DNA from: Phoronis australis
Lineage: Eukaryota > Animalia > Phoronida
DNA: 64,000 nucleotides
Direction: 5' to 3'
Assembly: GCA_002633005.1 (NCBI GenBank)
Contig: NMRA01000887.1
Coordinates: 45,142-109,141, forward strand
Shown: positions 44,001 to 58,512 of the stretch, one piece after another
How the letters are laid out: every line of letters starts with the position of its first letter
How positions within the stretch are numbered: the stretch's first letter is position 1
Notes under the pieces: model-generated
Seen by the model: the letters and a program-made list of their open reading frames with translations, nothing else
What the model was told of the DNA's origin: nothing
The model's database searches: none
Made by a program: the position numbers and the translations under genes

Positions 44001-47000
44001 ATGCTGTCAACTTAGGGAGGCAAGACTACAATCCAAGCCCAAAAGGTGCGTGACAAAAATCTACGATTTGTTTACTCCCTATCCTATGTCCTCCAGAAAT
44101 ATATTACACGTTGACCCGGAAATATATCATGTCTGTTTTCACATGACTTTTGGTTTATGGGTTTGAGGGTTAGTACCGTGCAAAGGAGATATGCATCGCT
44201 TCTGCAACCGTTCCTAAATGGACAAAAATTGGTTTTAAGTAGTTGACTGCAGGCAGCTAACCAGCAAGATCTTCCTATCCAGTGCAGATCTGCTGTCTGT
44301 TGTCAAAGCCTAGTACTTTCTATTTCGGAGACAAAGAACAAAGCCTTTGAAAAGGGACCGATATTTTTAAAGAAAGGTATATAAGTTGTTTTATTAATTT
44401 ACTTATTCAGGTCCTTCGCGGGAGGTTGGCTTAGTGGGTTGGGTTTTAAAATTTGGTGCAACTGAATGTGTGGAAATAACAGGTAATAGTGTCCGGGGGA
44501 AAGAGCATGGTGAGGTAATTCTCAACCTTCATGAAGTTCTTTCACGTTTCATGAAACTGTTTTGCTATCCACTGTAAACGCCTAAAAATATATTACATTC
44601 TCTGAATTCTCAACAACTAAACGGTCTTAACTCATGCCTTGAAATGTTGCAAGTCGTTGCATTCATGTGACTTTCATTTTTTTGAAAATTGCATTTTTGA
44701 TGTGGACATATGAATGAGCTCATATTTGAACATACAATTCTTACTGCCAATATGCAAACAATGGTGCCTGAGGATTTTTAATTATTCTTAAACAACAGGA
44801 AGATTATCCATCATTTTTAAGTGACCCAAGTTTTCATATCCTTTATTAGAAGAAAAATAAAAAATCTGAGAAACGGTTCCCTCAGCCTTAGACAAAAAGT
44901 GTGCTTGGCAGACTCATGAATCTGTATGCTGAACGTGTCAAAAATTAAAAGACTTGAAAATGGGTAACAAAGGTTTGAAGTTGACTCAAAAACTTGAATA
45001 TTTTGCACACAAGTGGTGCGTTTAAAGCCTTGTTATGGCTAGGGATGAAAAATAAAGATGCAGTTCTACAGAAATCAATACTTATATTATATACACACTT
45101 GCTTTCTGGAAATAGTAATTATTTAATTTTGTGTGAAATTGCAAACAAGGGCATCATTTTTGGCCAAACCTGACGTACTAATTACTCATGTTTCAATATT
45201 TGTTCCAGGTTCAGTGACATTTTAAGGCCACTTCAAGCCCCAACATAGACAAGCTTTGTTATTCATTTGTCTTCCCAGAGCATGTCGTCGACACACCAGC
45301 ACTGCTGCATGGCATCATGTACAAGCCAGTGGCCCTGGAGAAATGTGAATTACAGTACCATATGTAAATCTGCCAGTGGATTGTTTGTGTGTGAAGAGGA
45401 ACTATATGTGACTGCTACACCAGCCAGCCTCATTGGTGAGGATGCCCTTTCCTTGAAGATACATGACATGCGCGCATCCAGGGGGATCGGGGGGCTAGAA
45501 GGAGCCCCCCATTTGGCCAAGTGGGCAAAAAGGTCCGCCCCAGAGAAACAAAAAGACAAAAAATTCGACCCCCCCCCTCCATTTTTCAAGGCAGTGTGCG
45601 CGCATGCATGAGAGACTGAAGCTAAAGAAGACCTAGTAACACTCTGGTCTAGTTCAGGGTCCGATTTTGGGCACAAAGCGAGTCAAGTGGTATAAAGCTA
45701 TTTTTGCCTTCAAGGATCTAATTCTGAACTTTATCGAGGCTGAATGAGCTTACATGAAGGAAAGCCACGTGCCCAAACTGGGCCTTTTTACAAGCGTTTC
45801 TATAGGCCGCTGAAACTCAATCCCAATGAAATGAAAACCGAAGCATCTGGTATAAATACCTGTCCTTTCTCACTGAGTGACATTAACTTTTCCTTTCAGA
45901 AGAAAGGCTTTATACTAATGGTAAAACCTTTTCAACTTGGTACACATGATGCGGAAATGACATTCAGTGACTGCATAGATTGTCTTATTGTCAGTAAAAA
46001 CCCCGTTAATGTTACAGTTTGATGATCGAATAAATTTTTCATCAACAGGCAAGTTTGTCACTAATTATTCAAACCACAATATTTCTTCAGTTTTAAAGAC
46101 CCATACAGTGCAGTTCTGATGCTTTTTTATAAAGCTGAAGTGATCACCGATTACGCTTGCGAATTGTCATTTTATTGTTGACCTATAGAAATATCCGGCG
46201 ATCGAAACGAAGTATTCCTTTGATTGCATTTGATTTGTTTATGTGTGGAACTATTTTTAGAGCTTGCTTAAGAAGGCCTTTGAACAGTTTTAAGTTTTGT
46301 GTTAACTTGTCTACAACAAAAGTTCCACTAGCAAGCAAAGTATATTTTCAATAGTAGCTAGATGAATAAGAATCTGCTATGCACAAGATTTGAGAATAAA
46401 CAATAATCAGTGTATTCAAAAATAAAATAGCAAACCGAACAACCACATCCATACAATGGAACAACATTATCTCCCAATACAAGGTCTGACTTTCTGAATT
46501 GAGAGGTTCAATTCCCTCAGGTTATTGCTGAAGGACTGCTTTTCACTTGATCGAAAAGTAAAATAGACGATAAAGCGGCTGGTTTCAGTCGTTTCTCTCA
46601 CCTGTAACAGAATAGACAGAGAAATATTTTAGCAAATTATAAAAGAAAACACAAGACAAAACTACTTTTGTAAGGCAGAACTTACTTGACATTTCATCTT
46701 CATTTTTTTATGTAGAAACTAATAATCTCTGTACCCAAGCCTTCTTTAAGATCTGAGTTAAAATATGTGAAACAGTGTAAAAGTGATTTAAGAATGTGTA
46801 TTTTTCATGACACCTAAAATGTGTTTCTAATCTAATCTCAACAAATAAAAATCATTCTAGGCGTCTATATTTATTCCAATGAAACGTTACGAATTTACTG
46901 TCAAAATAGCTCAGTCATTTTAATTCGATAAGTACAATATGGTAGTCCTGGAAGTGGGATCCGCTATAAAATAAAGAAACTCACTCATCTAGAGAATTTT

Positions 47001-49009
47001 ATTGGAGACAGTTTTGTAAAGTTAATGCTGTGAAAAAGTCACCCTTGACTTCTGAGAGGCGCGTCCCATACACCTCTTATATTGGGAACACTCCCTCCCA
47101 GGATATGTGGATATGTGCTGCTAGCCTACCATCCGGGTCTCGGGTGAGTTACTGAAGACAAACACTTAGTTCCACTGAATAAACTTGTTGTCCAGTCAGC
47201 TAACTGGTGGGGATAACATCACTGACCGATGTCCATAGAAACTTAATTGCTAAAAACTTACCAAATAACGTGAATATGCAGTCTTTCAATGGAAATGCGT
47301 TAGAGCACAAACACGGGGAGTGGGGCTTCGGCTTCCACACTTTGTCACGTTTGACCACAATTCCCCACGCTTGTAGAACCTTTGGTCTTTTGGGAATTTG
47401 TGACCGCCTGTCGAAAATTTGCACCCGGGAAAATAGCAATAATTAGGCTTAGCGCTACGATGTATTTTGATAACACTGAAAAGCTTCAAAATAAATCACC
47501 AAAGCGGCCTGTAATGAAAATTACTACAAGTTTGGTATTCATACACCACCTTGTTATTATTTTGTAAAATCATAAATAATGGCTGTGGAAAAAAATTCGA
47601 TGCCATGTCATTCACTGTTTTTGCGCTGTTTTTGTATATTTTAACGAAAAGTCTTTTTAAAAGTATTTTATAAAAGTTATTCATAGAGTGCACAGAATAT
47701 TAGGCCAGGCACTAAATGGCTTGTGGCTGAGTGTTAAGTTCCAATGTTTACTATTTCTACTACTAGTGACAACAGGGGGTTGGTAAGTTGATGAGGGCTG
47801 TGGTGCTTTAGCTAAAGACTAGGGGAGTTTTTCTCATGTTCCGTCATTTTACCAGCTGTTTACAGGCAGACAGCGGCGCATGCGCAATTCATTCACCACT
47901 AGTACAGCAGCGACACCGCGTCGAATAGCTCTATTATTCTTGGGTCACGCATATCGCCAACTTACTGCCAACGGTCTAGGTTCCTCTGACAGAGAATGTT
48001 TTCTTCCGCCCCTGTGCAGATTGGTTGTTGTGCAGAAGCGCCAAAGCCGCGTGCTCGCGTGTTCCAGTAGTCAGGGAGATGTGAGTGTTCAGGAATGTCT
48101 GTGGTCCTCTGGTTTTTCCCAATGATGCCCATTCGACCAAAGTGTTTGTAATACGAGTTCCGGATGTCATACCGATCGGCAAATAGAAATCGCACGATGT
48201 AGCAAGCTCTCTTAAGAGCATCGTCAGCGACAACACTAGATGCTGAAATACGGTCATACGACTTTTTAAAATGGCATAGAGCAAAGGCTAACTTAAAAAA
48301 TTAAATTCGATCACTGTTGATTTCACACCTCTGTCTCAGAGAGAGGTGGAAACGATTCTATGGTGGTGTCTCTACATACCAGCTGCTTTCCTATACCTTT
48401 CAGTCCCGGATCAGCAAACATCAAACCCCCGTTTCAATCCCCAAACCAGCGGCCCCAATCACAACTCCAAACACATGGTTTCCTTAAACTGCTAACTTCG
48501 CTACACCTTTTAACTATAACTCCAGTCTGGGGGCGAGATCTACACTGGTCCTCGGGACTGGAGTTTGGTCACCGAATATGAAATGCTCTCGTCAGCGGTG
48601 TGTAGTTTGGAGGTAGGGGTCTGGAATTTGTACCACGACGGGTTTGGTGTCTGCCGTATCATCCGAGAATGGCGCAAACAGGATCTCTCCTGAAAGTGTA
48701 CACCGTATGATGCATTCATATCTAAAATAGATTATAGAAACAATGCCGATAAGGTAAATCATGTGAGTGGAGTAAATGCTTCTAAACGTGATTCTTTGGA
48801 TTACAAGTTCGCAAGTTCCTGGCGTTAAACGGGGTTCTTACCAACGATAGGGATGCCGTACGCCTCAGTATACTTGCGATAGAAATACGTCAATCCGCGG
48901 GGCATCATGTGGATTGCACTTCGCAAGTTGTTAGGAACCGCTCTCACGTGATTGCAACTATGCGTGTTTGTGGCGGAGCCTGGACGAAGTCTTGATCGTC
49001 GACCGTTAT
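38016..49009 (-). CDS. Zinc metallopeptidase (HEFAH...EYFAE) + short linker + 2 ShK domains, copy B; 5' exon(s) not identified
   Basis: Exons 49009-48842, 48242-47966, 43118-42953 (IHEFAHG), 41690-41513, 40827-40759, 39453-39340 (CTDESEHCSYWASRGECQISVIYMRTNCKRSCGLC) and 38128-38016 (CSDRHPLCLYWASTGQCFFSRDSMIQNCPKSCRFC*). Same phases as copy A, and the same lengths apart from in-frame indels. Confidence 0.88.
43557..47935 (+). mobile_element. ~4.4-kb DNA transposon remnant (Academ-like ends) carrying a decayed YqaJ/lambda-exonuclease-like exon
   Basis: Absent from the copy A intron. Imperfect TIRs AATGAGCCTATTCGAC / GTCGAATAGCTCTATT plus an inverted TACTAGTGGTGA. Segment 45210-45460 gives DTPALLHGIMYKPVAL...SGLFVCEEELYVTATPASLIGEDAL, resembling YqaJ 'GL..h..pyl.ASPDG'. 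Confidence 0.6.
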
Positions 49010-49095
49010 CTGCAAGATAATAATTTTCTCCATCACCGTCCAATGAAGCAGAGCTTAGTTGAGGTTGAGTGCCAATAAGCAATGCAATATACTTA

Positions 49096-49098
49096 CAT

Positions 49099-49168
<70 letters not shown>
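49096..49168. repeat. (TACA)n(TA)n microsatellite abutting an assembly gap (49169-49504)
   Basis: Seen directly in the sequence. Confidence 0.95.
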
Positions 49169-49739
49169 NNNNNNNNNNNNNNNNNNNNNNNNNNNNNNNN
49201 NNNNNNNNNNNNNNNNNNNNNNNNNNNNNNNNNNNNNNNNNNNNNNNNNNNNNNNNNNNNNNNNNNNNNNNNNNNNNNNNNNNNNNNNNNNNNNNNNNNN
49301 NNNNNNNNNNNNNNNNNNNNNNNNNNNNNNNNNNNNNNNNNNNNNNNNNNNNNNNNNNNNNNNNNNNNNNNNNNNNNNNNNNNNNNNNNNNNNNNNNNNN
49401 NNNNNNNNNNNNNNNNNNNNNNNNNNNNNNNNNNNNNNNNNNNNNNNNNNNNNNNNNNNNNNNNNNNNNNNNNNNNNNNNNNNNNNNNNNNNNNNNNNNN
49501 NNNNTCATCAAATACAATAAAGGTAAGTGTTAAGCGATAGAAGTAAACCGAGTTCTTCTTCGCTTGAATGCGAAATGGGATTGTTGTAGCTCCATGCAGG
49601 CAAATACCGTTTCCTAAGGTCATCGTAGAATGGACATTCGTTAACAAAATGATATTCCAACTCGACATATATGCCTTAACACAGAGAGGGCATAACCTTT
49701 CTGGTCTGCTAAGTTTCAAGTGTCTAGTACCTTTTCAAT

Positions 49740-50200
49740 CATTATAATAGTGCATGCGCTGAACATCTTAATCTTACCATATCACATCTAACATTTACAT
49801 TGTCAATTACATCTAAATAGTTTTCATAACACATATTTAACATAAAAGTTCTGTAAGTTTCCAGCTTAATCGAATTGTTTAAAATTTCTTGCCATTTTTG
49901 CTGATCAATATCTTTGCATCTTTGTTTAAAAGTGATATGAAGCTTGTCTCGGAACCTACATCCTGATTGTACCATGCTTCTCCAAAACCAAAATGAAATA
50001 GCAATTTCTTAACATTATTAACCCAGCACGGTTTATTAACATTTTCCGTCATATTGTACTGCCATTCATAGCAATGATATGTAATTTTTGAGGCATCGGT
50101 TTTTAATAGTTTTAACCAATATTTCATAATTCCAGGAAGTCGGAAAGCAATCAAGGAGTACCGACCCATCTCACCTCTAACACCTCTTACATTCATTTGC
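49740..50200 (-). mobile_element. Non-LTR retrotransposon (LINE) ORF2 3' fragment
   Basis: VRGEMGRYSL...KYWLKLL...CWVNNVKKLLFHFGFGEAW / KLETYRTF...ENYLD...MVRLRCSAHAL, typical of a post-RT region. Confidence 0.75.
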
Positions 50201-53200
50201 CTTTTGCTGAATGCCCGGTCTATGCCCGCGAGCATATGTATTGACTTTGCTTGCATTCGTACATTTGTCTACGATTCGGAGCACCTCGGGTATTATCGCA
50301 GCGTTAAATTTTCCTGCTACGAAAATACCCGTGTTCTAAAGTGCTACGTGTGCTTAAACATGTTTTTAAGCGGTTGTCTGCTTATATTATTCTACGGAAA
50401 ATCAATATCCAAACGCGTCTGCAACGTGGTTGGCAAAAATAATAAACAAATCGCGGGCCTAAGGACTAAACTTTCCGAACATCAAGGCAATTCTACGTCA
50501 CGCAACACTATGTGGTGAAATTAGAATGCTACAAGTTGAGAAATAACGTTAATTTCAACATCGTGACCTTTGAAAAACCAATAAGCAAAGAATAATCCCC
50601 GATTTTCCAAAAAAAGTTATCCTATTCACTGACGTTATTAATGGATTCTGATTGGATTACATAATGACGTTGCTTGATAGTACACTCACCCATGTGACCG
50701 TTCCTACTTCACTAATAGAGTATGTTATAGTCATATTTCAGTGATCTAAATGTATGGAGAAAGCTCAAAATTCAAAGTTGCTTCAAAATCCAAAAGGTGG
50801 TGAGAAACCTTGGAACTTGAGGTAGCGTTCGGCACGTTGAGCGCCTAAAATTTGAAGTCGTGACCCGTCGACGAGTGAGGCCAATTTCTGGGGGTTTTCA
50901 TCTTAGGGTATTCACCAGCAGCGGTCGTTAGAGTTGTGATTGCCTCGTAAACATTCGCGGACATCTCTGAAAACTAGGAAGCATGTATAAGTCTGGGATG
51001 CGTTCCGTAGATGCAAAATTTTGGACAGTGAAACTAGTGTGATCACGTGTTTAGCTTGCAGGGAGGTATCTCGCGAAGTCATGTAACATCTTGCATTTTC
51101 AGGACGTTCTTGGGTTTACGGAACGCAGGTCTGACATCATACGGCCAATCGGGATACACTTTGAAAATCACGTGAGTTACAATCTGACTCGCCGGTATCT
51201 TCTAGGGGGAAGGGGACCCGCAGCTATCATTCGGCAGCACGCGTTTTATAACTGGTTGATGTAACCTCGGAAGTCATTGGTTGGCTTGACAACAAAAAAG
51301 AAAATGGCGGACCGTGAACGAGTCGGACCCTTGTCAACATCTTAGTGAACCTGTCCAATTTTCTCTATGCAGTGACAGTAAAGTCGGAAAGACCAAGTAC
51401 AGGCATAACTGCGTCCTGGGCAGTTTATGTAAAAAAATTCCCGAGAATCACGCCTTCAAGATCTTCAGCGCAGGCCCACGTACTGCACGCCCTAGCACTA
51501 ATCTGGACGCCCTGGCAAGGGCGCCCAATGTCACGCAGAATTTCTCCAGTTTGGACACCAACATTGTTAAGTTACTAAGATTCCCAGTTAATGAAAGACC
51601 CACGACAGTTCAACAATGTATATTAAATGTAACCATGTTCAGACTACGTTCAAAGATAAACACTTGATTGGTTGCCAAAGTGTACACCACTGCAGGCTCT
51701 GGTTTCAGTGGTCTCCTATCTATTTGTAATTCAGTACTTGGTTAACTCCAAACTGGTGTTTCAGAGCTGTAGTTTCATGCTTTTCATCTTTTAAAAAAGC
51801 ACCAAAAGCGAAATAAATGTCATTATTTTAACAATATGTTGTGCCACAAGAATACTTCCATGTAAAATGTTAGAGCTTGCTTTTATATGTGCGTTTTAGT
51901 GTGGAGCAGCAGTGACTGTCACATATGTTGCCAAATTATAAACCACACAATTTCTGTGCATTTTTCTTGTGTTGGTAACTGCAGCTCTGATGACTAATTT
52001 TACAGAATATAAAGCTAGTTGCGATGATATCAAAAGTTTTATAACAGCATTTTGACTTGAGATCACCAAAAACAGTGCACTAATCGTTCAACCAATATAT
52101 GTAATAACTGTAATATTTTTTTAAGCTATTTAGCTGTGTTTGTAAATTTAGAAATAAAAGTCTTGATCCCCGCAGTTTTTTTAGTAAAAACGTTCACTAC
52201 GAGGGAGCTTTTTTGTAAACGTAGATGTCAAAGCCTTGTTCTACACACTTTTTGTAAACAACCTCCGTGACTTTGTTAGGTGGGTTTACTGGTGAGGAGT
52301 ACGGGGTGGAGGTTACGTGTCGTTGGAATCATGGAGGCTCTGGAATATTGGGAACCCCATTTTATTTTGGACACCCTATTTTCGAAATCCTGGACAAAGC
52401 CCTGCCGAGGATGATGCCTACGTGCCTCCTACCCGTAGCGGACACGCAGGTATCATTTAATTTTCCTCGGGAAAATTTTTCACATCGACGGTTCTGATTG
52501 GCTGGTCGAGTTCTCAACAGCTGTAGCGCTTTACATAAAAAACTGTCATGACTGAAGGAGGAAGTGTAAATGTAAATAGTTTTTTATCGTAAAGTTGTGT
52601 TGTGCTTTTTCGGTGTCCATTTTTTCTACTGTCGCTGACTTTTGTTTACTTTGGTCTCCTGTACTCACACAGTAGGCCTATGATTAATACACCGGATAAA
52701 TCGACCATATGTGTGTGTGCATTGTATGTGCTTCAAGCACGCGGCTATTAAACATTACTGTAGAAACAAAATATTTGCTGTCACGCGTCTTGCATGACAA
52801 GGCTAAAAGCTGTTTACATTCCACTATTTTCTTTCTTTGCAGTAAAGGTAACCAATAACTGCTGCAGTAACATCAACCAGCGATAAAACGTGTGCTGCTG
52901 AATGCCTTCAACCCTCTAGCGGACACACAGAGAACTAGCGAGACCTGCGTGTACAGCCTACTCTTCTCCCTAGTGGACACGCAGACATCTTTTTGACGCA
53001 CGGAACCAGCGAGACAGTCTGACTGAAGTACGCACATGCCCAGATAACGTTCACCTTTAAGGTGACATCAGCTTCGTCCACGAGTCTCCTGGCGACGAAC
53101 TGTTCCGCCATTTGAGGCTTTATTTTGTGAGGAGATATCCCCTCTGCGCGCTAATTGGCCATAGACGACATTTACCGCTGACAAAAACTACTCAAGAAAC

Positions 53201-54179
53201 TTTCAAAAACTTGAACATCTGAGTACTTAAATACCAGTTAGTGAAGATTCTGGTCCTTCTTCAGGTTAATGTGATGCATTTGTGTATTTTCCACTAGAAA
53301 CTTAACAAGATCCAAATGTGGATTTTAACTAATTTCACAGGCACGTTGTTGCCTTCCATTAGTCGTGACCTGGAACCAGCAGAGGGCATTATTTTCGTTA
53401 TTGTTTGAAATAAAAGGCTGCACGCGTACTTATTGTCAATTCTGATTTATTGAAAGTAACCACAGACATCCTGCTTTTGAATTCAAATACATCAATATTT
53501 CAATGATCTAAACCTAAATTGTTGCACAAACACCGCTCATTTTGGTTTTTTTATTACACTAGAGCACATTTCAGGTGATATAACAAATACGACACGCGAT
53601 ATTCCGGTGATTTCTGCAAAACATGTCAGAATTCTGCAATGTATACAGAAAACAGAAGATTAGGCCTACCCGGTCCTTGTTACGATTATAATCAAACAGG
53701 TGAAGCGCTGACTTACGTTTAAGTGCATGATACACCAATGGCTGTATAACTCTGCAGGAAGAAATCTGCTCCTCAAGTCATCATAGAAGGGGCATGTTGT
53801 TCAAAAGTGGTATTCATTTTTAATGTATGGTCTTACACAACGTTCCTCACAGATCTTGGCACAACGCAATGTACGATTGTGTGTCGAGCATCTCAGTCTG
53901 GTCATTTGCGTTTTGTAATACTTTCAATCTACGTAATCTTCATAATAGATTTGTGATTTAATTTCCCCATAAGTTTCGAGTTTCGACGATTTATTTATGA
54001 GATCAAGTCATTGTTGCTGATAAACATCCTTGCGCCGCTGTTTAAATAAATGCAAAAACTAAGATTCTGTTCCCGCGGCACACCTTGGTAAAACCCAGTT
54101 TCGCCAAAACCAAGCGAGAGCAATTTTTTTTTTTTGACATCGTTGGTCCAACATGGCTTGTTACCATTCTGTGTCGAGT

Positions 54180-54450
54180 TGTATTGCCAGGTATAAAAGT
54201 GATTAGCAATTTTTTAATAATCAGATTTCAAAAGCTTTAGCCAATATTTGATGAGACTAAGAAATCTAATGGACGTCAGTGAATACCTTCCAAGTTCCTC
54301 TTTTATTGCAAAGTTAACAGCTGTACAACGTAGATTTAATATTTCCTTGCAATACTGCAAATGCACCTTTTCAACATCTACATCGTTATTGAAACCCCAC
54401 GTAGCCTACACTTTACATCCGTAATGCAAAGCATGCATAATTTTACTGTT
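54180..54450 (-). mobile_element. Second LINE ORF2 3' fragment of the same type
   Basis: WGFNNDVDVEKVHLQYCKEILNL...AIKEELGRYSL...IKYWLKLLK. Confidence 0.7.
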
Positions 54451-57400
54451 AAATGACTTTCTCCTCACCAAGCCTCAAATGGCTGATCAGCGCCGTCTAG
54501 AGGCTTGGGGAAGAGGCTAAGGTGACAATAGGGCTATGAAAACAGGTACGCGCTGTTCTAGACGGCCGTTGCTCTTGACGAGATTGGCAATGAGCTATAT
54601 ACATAGAGGTGACACGACTGTACTCGCAAGCAAGACAGCGCGTGACACGCGGTCCGCCATATTGATGATGAATCCTATGTAAACAACAGCACGGTGGCCT
54701 TATGAAAGCCGGGAAATTTTCAGAATAAAATTTGAAATTTTAAATACTAACGATGTTTTAAAATATTTGTAACACAAAGCAATGTAAATATGTGACCCTT
54801 GCATTGCTAAAACGGTCATATAAACCGTTGCAAAGACAAAATTCCTAATACGTTGGCTGAAATACTCGTGCTGCTACATGTAGGGCCGGGGAGGTTTTGC
54901 CCGCTCAATCGAAAAGACAATCACTGAAATGCAAAAAGTTTAGAAAATGATATAATGCAACAACATGATTAACTATTTCGTTGTTATAATTGTATAGTAC
55001 CTATTTTTTCAGTTGTTTATAAACCGACAAGACGATCAGCTGTCAAGGAGACCGCTCCTCCGGCGCGCCATTACATCACTGTATTCCCCAAGCTTTTAGC
55101 ATGGGTCTAAATATTCCTTGACCCGGCGCCACATGATTTACTCTAGCAGTATGCATTTGCACAGACCCGTTCTCAAAGGTGGTTGGAATTGTCTATTTCA
55201 GGTTATACCAAGGAATATTAATTACATCAATATGCAGACGTTTTTTCAAAAAATAAAACGCATATCAGGGGTGCTGAGTTGACTCAAGGAAAATTGCTTC
55301 AGTGATACGCTCATAACTTTGCTTTAACTGTCTAGTAGTACAGTGGCGGATCTAGGGTATCACTGATAAGGGCGGCAACACTTTATGTCGGGCACCCAGC
55401 CCAAAATATAGGGGGCTTGAATTTCTGAGAATGTGGGCTTTCCACTGAAAAACAAACGGAGGACTAAAAAACGGGAAAACGATGGTCTGGCTCGGACGCC
55501 TGCAATAGGACCCCCCCCCCCAAACACACACACACACACACGCATACACAAACTACAACTGCCCACGATAAATATTGTTTCAGCCGCAGAATAATTATCG
55601 GGGTTAGTTAATAATCACAATATTTCCTCACGCTCTGGCTGCTTTATTTTTTGCGGCAGCCAAGGGGGGCGTTGCCCCCCCCCCCCCTAAATCTGCATAT
55701 GTATTACTTGTCCTAATACCTAATTCATCTTAGCGAGGTGAACTGGTAATTTGTACAGTTTGAAACGACATGGTCTCACACTTAAGACTGATGCGTCATA
55801 GGCTTTGTTGTATAACAACACGCCGACTGCAATGCGGTATATAAGCGGAACTAGAGTTTTCAAAAGACGTTGGCATTATTAATTTTTACCAATATCATTT
55901 TGTTACAGCAATCAAGGTACCTATTTTATCCACCCATGGTTTGCGGAATCGCAGATTTTTTTTTCTGTCATTAACAAGCATCAGATCGGCCAGAACGAGA
56001 AGAACAACAAAAAAATGTTCACACAGAAACATCACATTGATATACTGCAACCATTTCAAACAATAAAGTTTTCATTCATTTCAAAATACATTTATTTCAA
56101 AATATCACCATCACGCAAAAAATCACACCGTGACAGTAAAAGGGAAATGTTTAGCTGGTACAAAGTTACTGTACATCACTTCATAAACATGACGGAATAT
56201 AAAAATGATGATTTTGCTCAAGTAAGACAGTTACAGATTTTAATAGCTTGCCAGGCTACATAACATTTGTCCAATCCCTTGAAATCTACAGAAACAACCC
56301 ATTTACCCAATAACATTATGGTGTGCAGTATTCTTGCGGTATCCCTTCCTTCGATCCCGCCCTGTTCCCAATAACCTGGCTATAATTAATGAATCTTCGA
56401 ATTGGTGTTCACTCCGTAAAAATGCCCAACTATTAATCTTGTAGTCCCTTTTTGTGTTTCTTTGTTGCTAGAAAACAACAGCTATATTGGAAGAACATAA
56501 GGTCACTAAACCCAAATCGGACTAGGAAGGAAAGTCAGAAAAAAATCGGCTTTAATGGGTGTTCTAGGGACCAAATGAAGTTGAACAATATTGTTTCTGC
56601 GATTGGATTCTCGCCCGCAATATCATTCTTTTTCAGTTTCAATTTTTAACTCTCGAAAGACCAAAAAATTATATCAATGACTTTGGGTCTAATACCAGAA
56701 GTCAAACTTTATTTTTGATGTTTTCTGCTATAACTAAAGTTAAGTGTTAAGACCCTTTAATTATGTGCTCAAGTATCCAATGATTTTCTTGGAAGATTTT
56801 CTAAAAATCCTAGTTTGCACTTTGATCCTGACATTAAAGCTATGAGTTTTTAGTACTAGAAATCCCGTGTTGTTACCAATATTAGTTCCTAGATACTACA
56901 CAGTACACACGCATCTTGATGAATATGGTTCATCAGCAAGATGGAGGACCACTCCGCTCAACGAAAACCACGTGATGTCAACTCTAGTTATATTTATCTA
57001 ATTGGATATTGGACTTCATCCGGAAAGCTTAGGCATTTTTGTAGCCTCAAAATTCCACTCCGAGATGAACGATATCTGGATGTGTGAACTTCAGCCACTC
57101 TATAAATCGTTTTTCGGACCGAAAGTTGCACCGATGATTTTCCTAATGACTAAATCGGCACATGCGCAGAAAACGTTTACTTCCGAGAGGAAATTGGAGG
57201 CTACGAAAAAACTCAGACTTGTTCTGGACAATATGTAGAATGTACACGTTTCTGACATGCGAACATAGCTTCAAGAGATTTTTGTTTTGCCTAATTATAA
57301 TAAATGTAGTTATAACGATTAACCTCCACTCAGTGATAATGACATTTTAGCACCAAATTATCATGTCCAGGAGGTTTATTTTTTAAACGGCGGTGAATCA

Positions 57401-58512
57401 TCCACCTGCCCCAGCCGCTTAAAAAATACATGGCGAACACAATAAAGCAATAGAGCGTGTGAACTTTTATCTAAAGTTAACAATACTTACTTGCTGCTAC
57501 ATATGGATTGTTGTAAATTACGTAATATCCGGAATCGCCAATCGGGAGAAGAACAGCGCCTACGTTATGGCCAACCGGGTCTCGCGGTAACTGTGAGGAG
57601 ACTTGGTAGGAAGCTGAAAACAAAACAGGGAGATTTGAAATTGCCGCTACGAGCCAAGTCACAATACAGAAATCTGCAACTTGATCGATCACCGTCACTT
57701 TCGAGTATCCAACGCATTTGTCCATTTTCAAACAGAAGACGCTGTTAGTCGGGAGTTCGAACTCCAAATTTTAAGTTTTTATTCTAGTTTGTCTCGAATC
57801 AAGGGGACGCCAAATGCAAGCCCTAACTAAATAATCAGTCTAAACCATAAGGTATTCAAGTACAGAAAACACTTAATATGATTTCACATTAAAGTAGGAT
57901 GGAAATGCCAAAATTAATTTCTTATTTGTATACAAAAATAAGATCACGGGCCCAAATTTTCACGCGGTTGTGCGATTCCAAGGTGGTTCTGCTAAATCTT
58001 TCTTTTATCTGCTACACGGTATATGTTTCATGTTTGAAGATCCCAGAGAATGAAATTAAAGTAGTTTTATAGACATATGTGAAATAGCTTAAAAACGGCC
58101 AATTTTAGTGAATTGAATAAAATTTGAGATATATTTAATGTAAGCAACTTTGTTGAAAATTGGCCCACACGTTTTTTGCGCACCGTGTCGGTTTTAGTAC
58201 TTGTTTTGACAAACATTTTTCAGGTTCTTTAAACCGAAAAAGAAGAATTTGTTGGCCACTGAGAATACATCAAACTTTTACTTGCTAACCGGAGAGTATT
58301 CCTTATAACTAGTTGATTGCGTACAAAAATGACGGATAGCTTTATATTCTGTTGGGAGAGTGAGCTCGATTCCTCACCTGCGTTCTATATATTAGAAAAT
58401 GCTGGGAGAAAATTTACGGTTTTCGTTCCCTCAGTGTGGTGCAATCTTTTGTAACGGCGCCATGAAATATTGAGTCACCTACTGGCCAGTTTATTTTCCT
58501 ATAATTCTTCAA

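Noticed and set aside
48825-49719. Long ORFs spanning the N-run
   Set aside because: Artefacts of the (TA)n repeat and the assembly gap. Only 48842-49009 is a real exon.
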